Assembly: GCA_012800735.1 (NCBI GenBank) | Contig: JAAZIU010000023.1 | Span: 37,622 to 101,621 of the forward strand | From: Clostridiales bacterium | GTDB lineage: Bacteria > Bacillota > Clostridia > Oscillospirales > CAG-272 | Reading direction: 5' to 3' | Length of the DNA: 64,000 nt | Part shown: positions 9,020 to 17,924 of the stretch, in pieces | How positions within the stretch are numbered: position 1 is the first letter of the stretch | How the letters are laid out: the number at the start of each line of letters is the position of its first letter | Translations under genes and position numbers: made by a program | The notes under the pieces: model-generated | Told to the model about the DNA's origin: nothing | The model's database searches: none | What the model saw: only the letters and a program-made list of their open reading frames with translations

Positions 9020-10243
9020 TTATTGCTGTTCCGCATCGCTGCTCTGATAGGTTTGTATGTCGAGCAGTTTGTTTTTAAGTTCGCCCTCTATCCGTCTCAG
9101 TTCGGTTTCGGCGCTGCGGCGTTTAGCTCTGCCTTCGTTCTGTATCTTCAGCACTTCATCGAGGGTTGAAATAAGCTGCTGGTTGGTATAATTCAGCGTT
9201 TCGATGTCTACGATGCCGCGCTCGGCTTCTTTGGCTATCGCGATAGTTCCGGTTTTGAGCAAGTCGGCGTTCTTTTTAAGAAGCTGATTTGTCGTGTCGG
9301 TAACTGCCTTCTGAGCGGCAAGCGCCTGCTGGCTGTGCTGCAGCCCGAGCGCGATAAGCATCTGGGATTTCCACAGCGGGATGGTGTTCATAATAGTCGT
9401 CTGGATCTTTTCGGTCATTATGGTGTCGTTGTTCTGAATCAGCCGGATCTGCGGCGCCGACTGAATCGCTACCATCCTTGTAAGCTCCAGGTCGTGCAGT
9501 TTCTTCTCAAAGCGGTCGCAGAGCTGAGCGTAGTCGTTTGCGGCCTGAGCGTCTTCCGGCAGTCCGCTCTTATGAGCCTTTTCGGTAAGCTCTTTGAGAG
9601 TTGTCGTTCTGGCGGACTTAAGCGCCTTGTTTCCGGCGATTATATACAGGGTCAGCTCTTTGAAGTTGGTAAGATTGACCTGATAGAGTTTGTCCATTAT
9701 TGAGATATCTTTGAGCAGCTGCACCTGATGATTTTCAAGTTCGGCTGCGATCTTGTCAACCGACACCTCAACTTTGTCGTATCTGTTTTTCAGGTCGGCG
9801 AGTTTATCTGCTTGACGGCGGAACCACTTAAAGGGCTTATTGTCGTCTTCTGTGGCAGAGAAAGAACGCAGCTGCCCCACAAGGCTGAGAATCATCTCAC
9901 CGGTATCGCCCAAGTCTTTTGTGCGGACGGTGGAAAGCGCGGAGTCGCTGAATTCGGCGACCTTATGCTGAGCGGTGCCGCCGTAAGTCATTACCATAGT
10001 TGAATCGCTGAGGTCAATCTTCTTTGAAAAATCAGCAACAAGCTGTTTTTCCTCGGCAGAAAGCTTGGATTCGTCAAGAGATGTGTCGATTGCGGCTTTT
10101 TGAGCCGTTTGCTGCAGCTGCGGCGTCGGCGCGATGTTTTCCTCCGCGGTGCCGGCTTTAAGAGTCAGTTCAGGCAATGGAGCGTTTGCGGAACCGGCGG
10201 TAAGGTCGATCGAGTTGGGATTGAGATTGTTGTTCTCCGTCAT
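9020..10243 (-). CDS. Toxic anion resistance protein (TelA/YaaN family)
   Basis: MTYGGTAQHKVAEFSDSALSTVRTKD, FEKKLHDLEL, APQIRLIQNND, TIPLWKSQ and RGIVDIETL are TelA family motifs. Confidence 0.92.
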   Translation of the reverse strand: MTENNNLNPNSIDLTAGSANAPLPELTLKAGTAEENIAPTPQLQQTAQKAAIDTSLDESKLSAEEKQLVADFSKKIDLSDSTMVMTYGGTAQHKVAEFSDSALSTVRTKDLGDTGEMILSLVGQLRSFSATEDDNKPFKWFRRQADKLADLKNRYDKVEVSVDKIAAELENHQVQLLKDISIMDKLYQVNLTNFKELTLYIIAGNKALKSARTTTLKELTEKAHKSGLPEDAQAANDYAQLCDRFEKKLHDLELTRMVAIQSAPQIRLIQNNDTIMTEKIQTTIMNTIPLWKSQMLIALGLQHSQQALAAQKAVTDTTNQLLKKNADLLKTGTIAIAKEAERGIVDIETLNYTNQQLISTLDEVLKIQNEGRAKRRSAETELRRIEGELKNKLLDIQTYQSSDAEQQ

Positions 10244-10292
10244 TTTTTACCTCTTTTTTGGTGATTTGGTGATTTATTGGTGGTTTTTATTT

Positions 10293-11300
10293 TTATGTTT
10301 TATCGGACAGCTGATCGTTGAGCATTTTGTCGAGGACGTCGATCTCGGCGGATATGTCAAGGGCGGCGTCGTTTATCAGCTTGTCGTGCTGTTTGCGGAA
10401 TACATTGTCCATCTCCGCGACCGCCTCTTCGATCTCCGATTTGCCCGCCCATTCTCCGTCTCCTTCACCGTGTTCGTCAAAAAGCTGCCAGCTTTTGAGC
10501 AGCTTGTCAAGGGTGGGCAGGTAGTAGTTGAAAAGCCGGCGGACAAGAGATGCTTTCTGCGGGTTGTCGGCAAGGTATTCCATTATCATTTTTGTCCGCC
10601 TGATAAGGGAATCGGCGTTTGAAGCGAGGGAAGGAGATTTCGGCGCTATCTGCTTTGACGATTCGCCTATCGATTCAAGCAGTTTTGTCGTCGTTGAGAT
10701 TGTTTGATTAAACGCCTCGTCGGCGCTCTGCGGCGGCACGTAAGGTTTTATCACTTCAACCCGCTTTGGCGGGAAGATAACGTTGAAAATATTATAAACA
10801 CCGAACGAAAACACGGCGCAGATGATTATATGATACCAGGCGTAAAGCGGGAAGAACAGCGCGTATATCACCCAGAAGGCGCCGCAGAAGACAAACGGCC
10901 AGGGTGAAGGAATCAGCTTGTATTCCCGTCCGTCATCAGAGAGATTATTTGTTTCAGGCTGTCTGGGGGGCTCCGGCTGTTTTTGCGGGGGAGGATTGTA
11001 AGCGCTTCGCTGACCGGAAGCATATATCGGGGTGCTCGGGCGAGAGAACGACTGTTGCTGCTGCGGCATCTGCTGTTGCCGCGGTTCTTTTTTAGTCATA
11101 TAAACCTTGTTGTTTTTTCCGTCCACAACAAGAGAACCGAGTCTGATAACCTCGTTCTCGCCGTCTATATCAACCGTATTTCCGATCTTGATCCGCTTGT
11201 CGTCAATGTTAAGCCCGCCGACCCTGACCTTTTTGCCGTCTATATCGATACCGGGAAGATGCAGCGAGCCGTTATTTTTCTGGTCGTTGCTGTTTGACAA
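10293..11300 (-). CDS. XpaC-like (5-bromo-4-chloroindolyl phosphate hydrolysis family) membrane protein with an N-terminal extension
   Basis: RRLFNYYLPTLDKLL and LDISAEIDVL are XpaC motifs; two TM helices; directly upstream of telA. The start was moved from 11366 to TTG at 11300 because an RBS (agaaagagg) precedes it and the promoter overlaps the longer start. Confidence 0.8.
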   Translation of the reverse strand: MSNSNDQKNNGSLHLPGIDIDGKKVRVGGLNIDDKRIKIGNTVDIDGENEVIRLGSLVVDGKNNKVYMTKKEPRQQQMPQQQQSFSRPSTPIYASGQRSAYNPPPQKQPEPPRQPETNNLSDDGREYKLIPSPWPFVFCGAFWVIYALFFPLYAWYHIIICAVFSFGVYNIFNVIFPPKRVEVIKPYVPPQSADEAFNQTISTTTKLLESIGESSKQIAPKSPSLASNADSLIRRTKMIMEYLADNPQKASLVRRLFNYYLPTLDKLLKSWQLFDEHGEGDGEWAGKSEIEEAVAEMDNVFRKQHDKLINDAALDISAEIDVLDKMLNDQLSDKT

Positions 11301-11337
11301 TGTCTGTGCCTCTTTCTGTATGATTACTACTATATAT

Positions 11338-11366
11338 ATTATAATCATTTTGGAGGTTTTTTTCAA
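11338..11366 (-). promoter_or_regulatory. Sigma-A promoter of the xpaC-telA-lemA-TPM operon
   Basis: TTGAAA-17bp-TATAAT on the minus strand. Confidence 0.7.
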
Positions 11367-11616
11367 GCGTTTTGTTTATCAGCCGTGCCTATTGAAAAAA
11401 ATTTACAAATAATCGGCTTTAAAACATCTGATTTTACGACGATTTTACTATTACATCCGGTTGATAAGAATTATCCTATATATCCGTATGGCAGGCTGAA
11501 AAAACAAGATAATGTCCGCGTTTTTATCTCGTTTTTGAAAATCAGGACGATGCTCGGCAAGTGATTTTTGTGCGGATGTCACAATAACGGAATTTCAATT
11601 TTGTTTAATATTAACA

Positions 11617-11644
11617 TTGAATATTTTTTATATTATGTTAAAAT
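11617..11644 (+). promoter_or_regulatory. Promoter of the putative ncRNA
   Basis: TTGAAT-16bp-TAAAAT with an extended -10 TG; predicted start near 11651. Confidence 0.5.
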
Positions 11645-11650
11645 ATATAA

Positions 11651-11840
11651 GTAATCTTTCACCTTCTGTCAATATCGGAAGATAGGATCGCAATAAAAAT
11701 ATCAATGCAGGGGAATGTTCGGTATCCGGTTTCTGCGCCAACCGCCTGCCGAGCTTACATAAACTGATCGCCTCAGAGGGAATGATTCCTTCGGCGCGCA
11801 GAAAAAGCGCGCCAAAATGCCGCCTTCGGGCGGCTTTTTT
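11651..11840 (+). ncRNA. Putative structured non-coding RNA (rod-shaped, 6S-like topology)
   Basis: The 5' and 3' ends pair (aatc/gatt, ccttctg/cagaggg, atcgg/ctgat) around an A-rich central bubble and a terminal stem (gcagg/cctgc, ggtt/aacc). It has its own promoter and terminator and contains no ORF. Confidence 0.45.
11819..11840 (+). terminator. Intrinsic terminator
   Basis: gccgcc-ttcg-ggcggc followed by tttttt; preceded by a second hairpin ggcgcgc/gcgcgcc (11793-11813). Confidence 0.85.
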
Positions 11841-11869
11841 ATTTAGGTGCGGAAATTAGTTATTACCGC

Positions 11870-11898
11870 TTGATTTTATATCCGGTCTATTGTATAAT
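11870..11898 (+). promoter_or_regulatory. Sigma-A promoter of sbcD
   Basis: TTGATT-17bp-TATAAT with an extended -10 TG. Confidence 0.75.
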
Positions 11899-11936
11899 AT
11901 GTTTAAAGAAAATAAACTTCATGAAGGGAAAACAAA

Positions 11937-13088
11937 ATGAAGCTGCTCGCAGTCTCCGATTTGCACCTGGGCCGCAGACAACATGAATTCGACCTTATAG
12001 AAGATCAGAAACACATTCTCAAAGGCATTCTCGATATCTGCATCGAAAAAAAGCCGGATGTTCTGCTTATCGCAGGCGATGTATACGACAGCGCCCTGCC
12101 CCCGCGCGACGCGGTGTCGCTGCTCGATGATTTTCTCTTTGAGCTGGCAAGGCTTCCGCTTAAGGTGTTGATGATATCAGGCAATCATGACAGCCGCGAG
12201 AGGCTGAATTACGGCGGCAGGCTTTTCGAGGGCAGCGGTATTCATATCGCGTCGGAAGCGGAATTTCCGGTCAAAACGGTCACGCTTAATGACGCACACG
12301 GTCCCGTTCGCTTCACCCTCCTGCCGTATCTTCGCCCCGCCGATATCCGGCGTTTTTCCGAAGGCGATGAAACCGTTCCGGAGACTTTGACGAAGGTTCT
12401 TGATTCCGTCGGGGAGTTTACCGGGCGGCAGGTTATTCTTTCGCATCAATTCTGGCTTCCATTAAGCGGCGATATCGTACGATGCGACTCGGAGACGCCG
12501 ACTGTCGGCGGACTTGACGGTCTTCCCGTCAGCTTGCTCGACAGATACTGCTACGCCGCGCTCGGACATATACATACCCCTCAATCGGTCGGTCGGAGCG
12601 GGGTCAGATATTCCGGCTCGATCTTAAAATATTCCGCCTCCGAAGTTCACTCGGAAAAATCCCTTCCCTTAGTTTCAATAGGCGCAGACGGTCTTGAAGA
12701 CATCGAGCTCATTCCGCTGAAACCGCTTCATCAGGTGCGCAGGATAAGAGGACCGCTCGACGAGCTCTGCGCCGCGGCCGAGAAAGAAGGCATTTCAAAC
12801 GATTATATATATGCGGTCGTCACCGACCCGATTCCCGATCCGAACGCAAGGCGGCGGCTTTTATTCTATTATCCGAATCTGATGGAGATGAAGATAGAGC
12901 TGCCTGACTATGAAAGAACGGAGTTTTCGGGAGAAACCTTGACACGGAAAAAAACCATTTCCGAGTGGTTCGACGAGTTTTATATGATGCAGAACGGCAT
13001 ATCTTTAGAGGAAGGTTTCGGTGACCCCGGAGCTGATGTCATAAATAAAGCCGTTGAGTCTGCGGGAGGAGAGGAGGCGCTGCTGTGA
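11937..13088 (+). CDS. sbcD: Exonuclease SbcCD subunit D
   Basis: Metallophosphoesterase motifs SDLHLG, GDVYD, GNHD and GHIH; coupled to sbcC. Confidence 0.93.
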   Translation: MKLLAVSDLHLGRRQHEFDLIEDQKHILKGILDICIEKKPDVLLIAGDVYDSALPPRDAVSLLDDFLFELARLPLKVLMISGNHDSRERLNYGGRLFEGSGIHIASEAEFPVKTVTLNDAHGPVRFTLLPYLRPADIRRFSEGDETVPETLTKVLDSVGEFTGRQVILSHQFWLPLSGDIVRCDSETPTVGGLDGLPVSLLDRYCYAALGHIHTPQSVGRSGVRYSGSILKYSASEVHSEKSLPLVSIGADGLEDIELIPLKPLHQVRRIRGPLDELCAAAEKEGISNDYIYAVVTDPIPDPNARRRLLFYYPNLMEMKIELPDYERTEFSGETLTRKKTISEWFDEFYMMQNGISLEEGFGDPGADVINKAVESAGGEEALL

Positions 13089-16000
13089 GACCGGTAACGC
13101 TTGAAATCACCGCTTTCGGGCCTTTCCGCGGGACTGAAAAGATTGATTTTTCAAAGCTTGGATGCGGCGGGCTGTATCTTATCACCGGAGATACCGGCGC
13201 CGGCAAGACCACTATTTTCGACGCGCTGACTTACGCCCTTTACGGCGCTCCTTCCGGGGACGACAGAACCGGAAAAAGCCTGCGTTCCGACTACGCCGAT
13301 CCGGAAGAACAGACCTCGGTTATATTTGCCTTTGAAGTTAAGGAAAAGATTTACAGCGTAAAACGCTGGCTCGAATACGAAGTTGAAAAAAAGCGCGGAG
13401 AAGGCACTACAACAAGAAAAGGCGGAGCTGAACTAACTCTTCCCGACGGCAGCGTCATCGACCGCGACAGAGAAGTCACGGCGGAGATAAGCCGGATCAT
13501 CGGAGTTGACCGTGCGCGTTTCAAACAGCTTGCAATGATAGCTCAGGGCGAATTTCGAAAGCTTCTGACCGACGGCGGAGACGAGAAAAAACAGCTGATG
13601 TCCGACTTGTTCGGCACGGCAATAATCGGAAAATTCCAGGATGAACTGAAACGCCAGAACGACGAAGCCGAAGACGCCCTTTCCACCGCAAACGAAAAGG
13701 CAAGAACCGCGATTTCCGACTTAAAGTTTGTCGATGAAGACGAAAAAGCCGAGGCAGATTTGATTCTGGAAGGAGATGATATTACTCTCGAGTCGCTGAA
13801 AACGGCAGAGGAGTTGGCGCAGCGGGTAATTTCGCGGGATTTGGCGCAGGGACGGCAGAATGCCGAAATAAAACAGAACGCTTTGAACCGCTCTGCGGAA
13901 CTTATCGCGGCTTTGACAGCCGGCAGGCAGATAAACGAACTCATCACCGCCCGCGACAAAACCGCGGCCGAACTTGCGCGGCTGAAATCGGAAGAAGATG
14001 AATTAAAGCCGGAAAAAATCAAGTTTGAAGCGGTGTCGAGGGCAAGAAGCGGAGTGCGGGAGTTTGAAATCAGCTACAGTCGGCTTGTTTCGGATCTCCA
14101 TAATACCCAAAGCAGCCGCGGTGAGCTTGAAAAACAGCGCGCGCAGGACGAGCAGACCGCCGAAAAGATAAAAGAGGTAATGCTGAAAGCCGAAGAGCAG
14201 CAGCCCCGGATAAACGAGCTTGACGGCGAGATAGCAAGGATAAACGGTCTTTTGGTTGACTATGAAACCCTTTCAAAATACAACCGTCGGGTTGAGCAGC
14301 TGAGAGGGGAAATAAAGCTTGCCGAGAGACAAAAAGAAAGCGCGGAAAAGGAGATAGCCGGCGAGATTTCCCACAGGGACGCTCTTGCGGCATCTCTCGC
14401 CCTTTCCGAGGGCGTAGGCGAGAGCATAATTAAAAACGACGCATCGCTCAAAGATTCCGAAAAGCGGATAGCCGCTCTCGAAACACTTATTTCAGACATT
14501 GATGAGGCAGAGGAAAATGAGCGGGCAGCCGCAAAACTGAGCGAAGAATATCGTATCTCGAAAGAAAAATACGATAAAGCAAAAACCGAATGTGATACAT
14601 TGGAATCGGCGTTCCTCGACGCCCAGGCAGGAATAATTGCCGAAACGCTTGAGGACGGCAAGCCTTGTCCGGTTTGCGGCTCAACTACGCACCCCGCCCC
14701 CGCTGTTCTGACCGAAGATATACCCACCGAGGCAATTCTTGACGCCGCGCGCAGCGAAAAGGATAAGCTGCTGTCTCTTGCCGAGGAAGCCGCCAAGGTA
14801 ACCGGCGCGGCTCATTCAAAAGCCGAATCATCCCGGACGTCGGTTGAATCCGCCGTAAAGGCGCTGCTTGCTGAAGCATTCGACGAAAAAGAGATAAAAG
14901 CTGTAACAGAGGCAGCTTTAAATAACGAGCGCCAAAACCTGAAACACTTGAAAGCCACCGCCGAACTGCTGCAAAAAAGGCAAGAACAAAGACAAGAGGA
15001 GCTTCAAAAAGCAAAGGAAACGGAAAAGCGGCTGGAACTGCTCCGAACGGCGCAAAGCCGGGCGAACGAAGACCTGGCGTCGCTTGAAGCGAATCTCAAG
15101 ACAGGGGAGGAGATGACCTCGGAGCTTAAAGAAAAGCTGTCCGAGTTCCCCTCCGGCGCCGAAGCCGCCGCCGCAGTGAAAAAAGCCGAGTCGGAAAGGC
15201 TGAAGCTTACAACCGCTATAAACGACTGCCGCGAATCGTATAATGTGATGCTTCGTCAGTTAAGCGCCGCCGAGGGACGCCTTGATGAGCTCAGCCGGCG
15301 CGCAGCTAAACTAACATCCGAGCTTGCCTCGGCGTCCGAGAGATATCATTCGGCTTTAGCCGACGCGGGTTTTTCCTCCGAAGGTGAATATCTCCGCGCT
15401 TCGATGACAGACGATGATTACAGCGCCTTAAAACAGCGGATAGATATACATAATAAGGCGCTTACCGAAGCGTCCGCAAGATTCAGGACGGCGGATGACG
15501 CGGTAGCCGGCAGAACTCTTGCCGATATCGCGGCGCTTGAAGCGGAAAAAACCGACATCGACGCGAAAGCCGCCGCAGCAGAGCTTTTGCTTGACGAGAT
15601 AAACGCCCGCGTCGCCCGCAACAGCGACAAGCTGGACATTATAAAAACCATGTCGGCCGAATACCCCGCGCTTGCAAATCGCCGTCTCATGCTTGATAAT
15701 CTTTACAGGACCGCATCCGGCAATCTCAGAGGAAAGGCGAAGCTGGCGTTTGAGACCTATATCCAGATGAAATTTATGGATGAAATCATGGATCAGGCGA
15801 ATCGCCGCTTTACCCGTATGTCGGGAGGGCGATTTGAAATGCGCCGCCGCCCGACGGATGAGCTTTCAAGCAGAGCCAGAAACGCCTTTGCCGTCGATAT
15901 ATTCGACTCGTATACCGGAAAGACCCGGGAAGTCAGCACTCTTTCGGGCGGGGAGTCATTTATGGCGTCGCTTTCTCTCGCGCTCGGGCTTTCCGATGTT

Positions 16001-16231
16001 GTCTCGATGCGCAGCGGCGGAGTCAGACTCAATTCGCTCTTTATAGACGAAGGCTTCGGAACCCTCGACCGGGAGCATTTGTCAAGAGCCGTCGGAGTGC
16101 TTTCCGACCTTGCCGGCGTTGATACCTCGATAGGGGTAATATCGCATATCGAGGAACTCGCATCTTCAATAGAAAAGAAACTTATTGTTACCCGCGGCCC
16201 GGACGGGTCGCATATACGCGCCGAATTCTGA
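13085..16231 (+). CDS. sbcC: Exonuclease SbcCD subunit C (SMC-like ATPase)
   Basis: Walker A GDTGAGKTT, long coiled coil, zinc hook CPVCG, signature LSGGE, Walker B FIDEGFG. Confidence 0.95.
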   Translation: MRPVTLEITAFGPFRGTEKIDFSKLGCGGLYLITGDTGAGKTTIFDALTYALYGAPSGDDRTGKSLRSDYADPEEQTSVIFAFEVKEKIYSVKRWLEYEVEKKRGEGTTTRKGGAELTLPDGSVIDRDREVTAEISRIIGVDRARFKQLAMIAQGEFRKLLTDGGDEKKQLMSDLFGTAIIGKFQDELKRQNDEAEDALSTANEKARTAISDLKFVDEDEKAEADLILEGDDITLESLKTAEELAQRVISRDLAQGRQNAEIKQNALNRSAELIAALTAGRQINELITARDKTAAELARLKSEEDELKPEKIKFEAVSRARSGVREFEISYSRLVSDLHNTQSSRGELEKQRAQDEQTAEKIKEVMLKAEEQQPRINELDGEIARINGLLVDYETLSKYNRRVEQLRGEIKLAERQKESAEKEIAGEISHRDALAASLALSEGVGESIIKNDASLKDSEKRIAALETLISDIDEAEENERAAAKLSEEYRISKEKYDKAKTECDTLESAFLDAQAGIIAETLEDGKPCPVCGSTTHPAPAVLTEDIPTEAILDAARSEKDKLLSLAEEAAKVTGAAHSKAESSRTSVESAVKALLAEAFDEKEIKAVTEAALNNERQNLKHLKATAELLQKRQEQRQEELQKAKETEKRLELLRTAQSRANEDLASLEANLKTGEEMTSELKEKLSEFPSGAEAAAAVKKAESERLKLTTAINDCRESYNVMLRQLSAAEGRLDELSRRAAKLTSELASASERYHSALADAGFSSEGEYLRASMTDDDYSALKQRIDIHNKALTEASARFRTADDAVAGRTLADIAALEAEKTDIDAKAAAAELLLDEINARVARNSDKLDIIKTMSAEYPALANRRLMLDNLYRTASGNLRGKAKLAFETYIQMKFMDEIMDQANRRFTRMSGGRFEMRRRPTDELSSRARNAFAVDIFDSYTGKTREVSTLSGGESFMASLSLALGLSDVVSMRSGGVRLNSLFIDEGFGTLDREHLSRAVGVLSDLAGVDTSIGVISHIEELASSIEKKLIVTRGPDGSHIRAEF

Positions 16232-16244
16232 AAGGAAAGTTGAT

Positions 16245-17903
16245 ATGACAAAATATTCTGTTGGAATTGATTTCGGAACTCTTTCCGGCCGCGCGCTTTT
16301 AGCCGATGTTTCAAACGGCCGCGAAATCGCCTGCGTCACTTATGATTATCCTCACGGCGTCATGTCGGACAGCTGCGGCGGGAAAAAACTGCCGATGGAC
16401 TGGGCGCTCCAGGACCCGCGAGATTATCTCGAAGTGATTGTGAAGACAGTTCCCGCGCTGCTGCAAAAGACAAAAGTCAACCCTAAGGACATAATCGGGA
16501 TAGGCATTGATTTCACCGCCTGCACCCCGCTGCCGGTTTATAAGGACGGAACTCCGCTCTGTTTTATCGAAAAGTGGAAAGACGAACCCCACGCCTATGT
16601 CAAGCTGTGGAAACATCACGCCTCGCAGCCGCAGGCGGACAGATTGAACGAAACCGCCGAAAAAACCGGTCAAGAATGGCTTTCGACATACGGCGGAAAG
16701 ATATCCAGCGAATGGATGATCCCCAAGCTGATGCAAATCCTCGACGAATGTCCGGAATTATATTCGGATATGGATTATTTCGTCGAATCCGGCGACTGGG
16801 TTGTCTGGCAGCTAACCGGAAACTTGTTCCGCAACACCTGCGCCGCCGGATATAAATCTATATGGAGCAACAAAGACGGATATCCGTCAAAGGAATTTTT
16901 CCGCGCCCTCGACGCGAGACTTGAAGACGCGGCAGAAACCAAGCTTTCGGGCAAGCTCGCCCCGGTGGGAACTTGCGCCGGAGGACTTACCGAAAAAATG
17001 GCTGCCCTAACCGGACTTGCCGAGGGAACCCCGGTTGCGGTGATGAACGTTGACGCTCATGTTTCGGTTCCCGCGTTCGGGATAACCGAGCCGGGACATA
17101 TGCTGGCCATCATCGGTACTTCAACCTGTCATATGCTTGTAGACCGCGAATACCAATCGGTAAACGGCGTATGCGGCATAGTTGAAGACGGTATACTTCC
17201 GGGGATGTACGGCTACGAAGCGGGACAGAGCTGTGTCGGCGACCATTTTGCCTGGTTTGTCGAAAACTGCCTGCCCGGCGAATATCGCGACGAAGCAAAG
17301 AGCCGGGGCATTTCTCCGCACGTTCTGCTTACGGAAAAAGCGGAGCTTCTGAAACCCGGACAGAGCGGGCTTGTAGCGCTCGACTGGTGGAACGGCAACC
17401 GCTCTATCCTCGTCGATACAAGACTTTCCGGTCTTATGATCGGAATGACTCTTGCGACGAAGCCGGAGGAGATGTACCGCGCCCTGATTGAAGCCACCGC
17501 TTACGGAACCCGCGAAATAATCGAAAACTACAGAAAATCCGGCGTCGGAGTCAGCGCCTTCACCGCCTCCGGCGGAATACCGAACAAAAACCCTATGCTC
17601 TGTCAGATTTACAGCGATGTCCTTAATATGCCGATAAGAGTCGTTTCCTCGACTCAGGGACCGGCGCTCGGCGCCGCGATTTTCGGAGCGGTTGCCGCGG
17701 GCAAAGCCGGAGGAGGCTATGACGACATTTATTCGGCTGGAGAAAAGATGGGAGCCACCGAAGGAAAGACCTATTATCCGATTATCGAAAACGCAAAAAC
17801 ATACAATAAATTATTCGCGGAATACGAAAAGCTTCACGATTGCTTCGGCAGGACCGATGACATGATGAAGCGTCTCAGAGCGATCGCACAGGAAAACAGA
17901 TAA
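16245..17903 (+). CDS. araB: L-ribulokinase
   Basis: FGGY kinase motifs GIDFGTLSGRA, KLWKHH, SSEW and DWWNGNRS. The ATG at 16245 follows the RBS gaaaggaa, so the track start of 16185 is too long. Confidence 0.92.
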   Translation: MTKYSVGIDFGTLSGRALLADVSNGREIACVTYDYPHGVMSDSCGGKKLPMDWALQDPRDYLEVIVKTVPALLQKTKVNPKDIIGIGIDFTACTPLPVYKDGTPLCFIEKWKDEPHAYVKLWKHHASQPQADRLNETAEKTGQEWLSTYGGKISSEWMIPKLMQILDECPELYSDMDYFVESGDWVVWQLTGNLFRNTCAAGYKSIWSNKDGYPSKEFFRALDARLEDAAETKLSGKLAPVGTCAGGLTEKMAALTGLAEGTPVAVMNVDAHVSVPAFGITEPGHMLAIIGTSTCHMLVDREYQSVNGVCGIVEDGILPGMYGYEAGQSCVGDHFAWFVENCLPGEYRDEAKSRGISPHVLLTEKAELLKPGQSGLVALDWWNGNRSILVDTRLSGLMIGMTLATKPEEMYRALIEATAYGTREIIENYRKSGVGVSAFTASGGIPNKNPMLCQIYSDVLNMPIRVVSSTQGPALGAAIFGAVAAGKAGGGYDDIYSAGEKMGATEGKTYYPIIENAKTYNKLFAEYEKLHDCFGRTDDMMKRLRAIAQENR

Positions 17904-17924
17904 AAACAGATAAAGGGGTAAAAC

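Noticed and set aside
11651-11790. TPP, cobalamin, SRP or tmRNA identity for the ncRNA
   Set aside because: The diagnostic motifs (CTGAGA, GCCACTG, GGAAGGAAGCAGC, tRNA-like ends) are absent.
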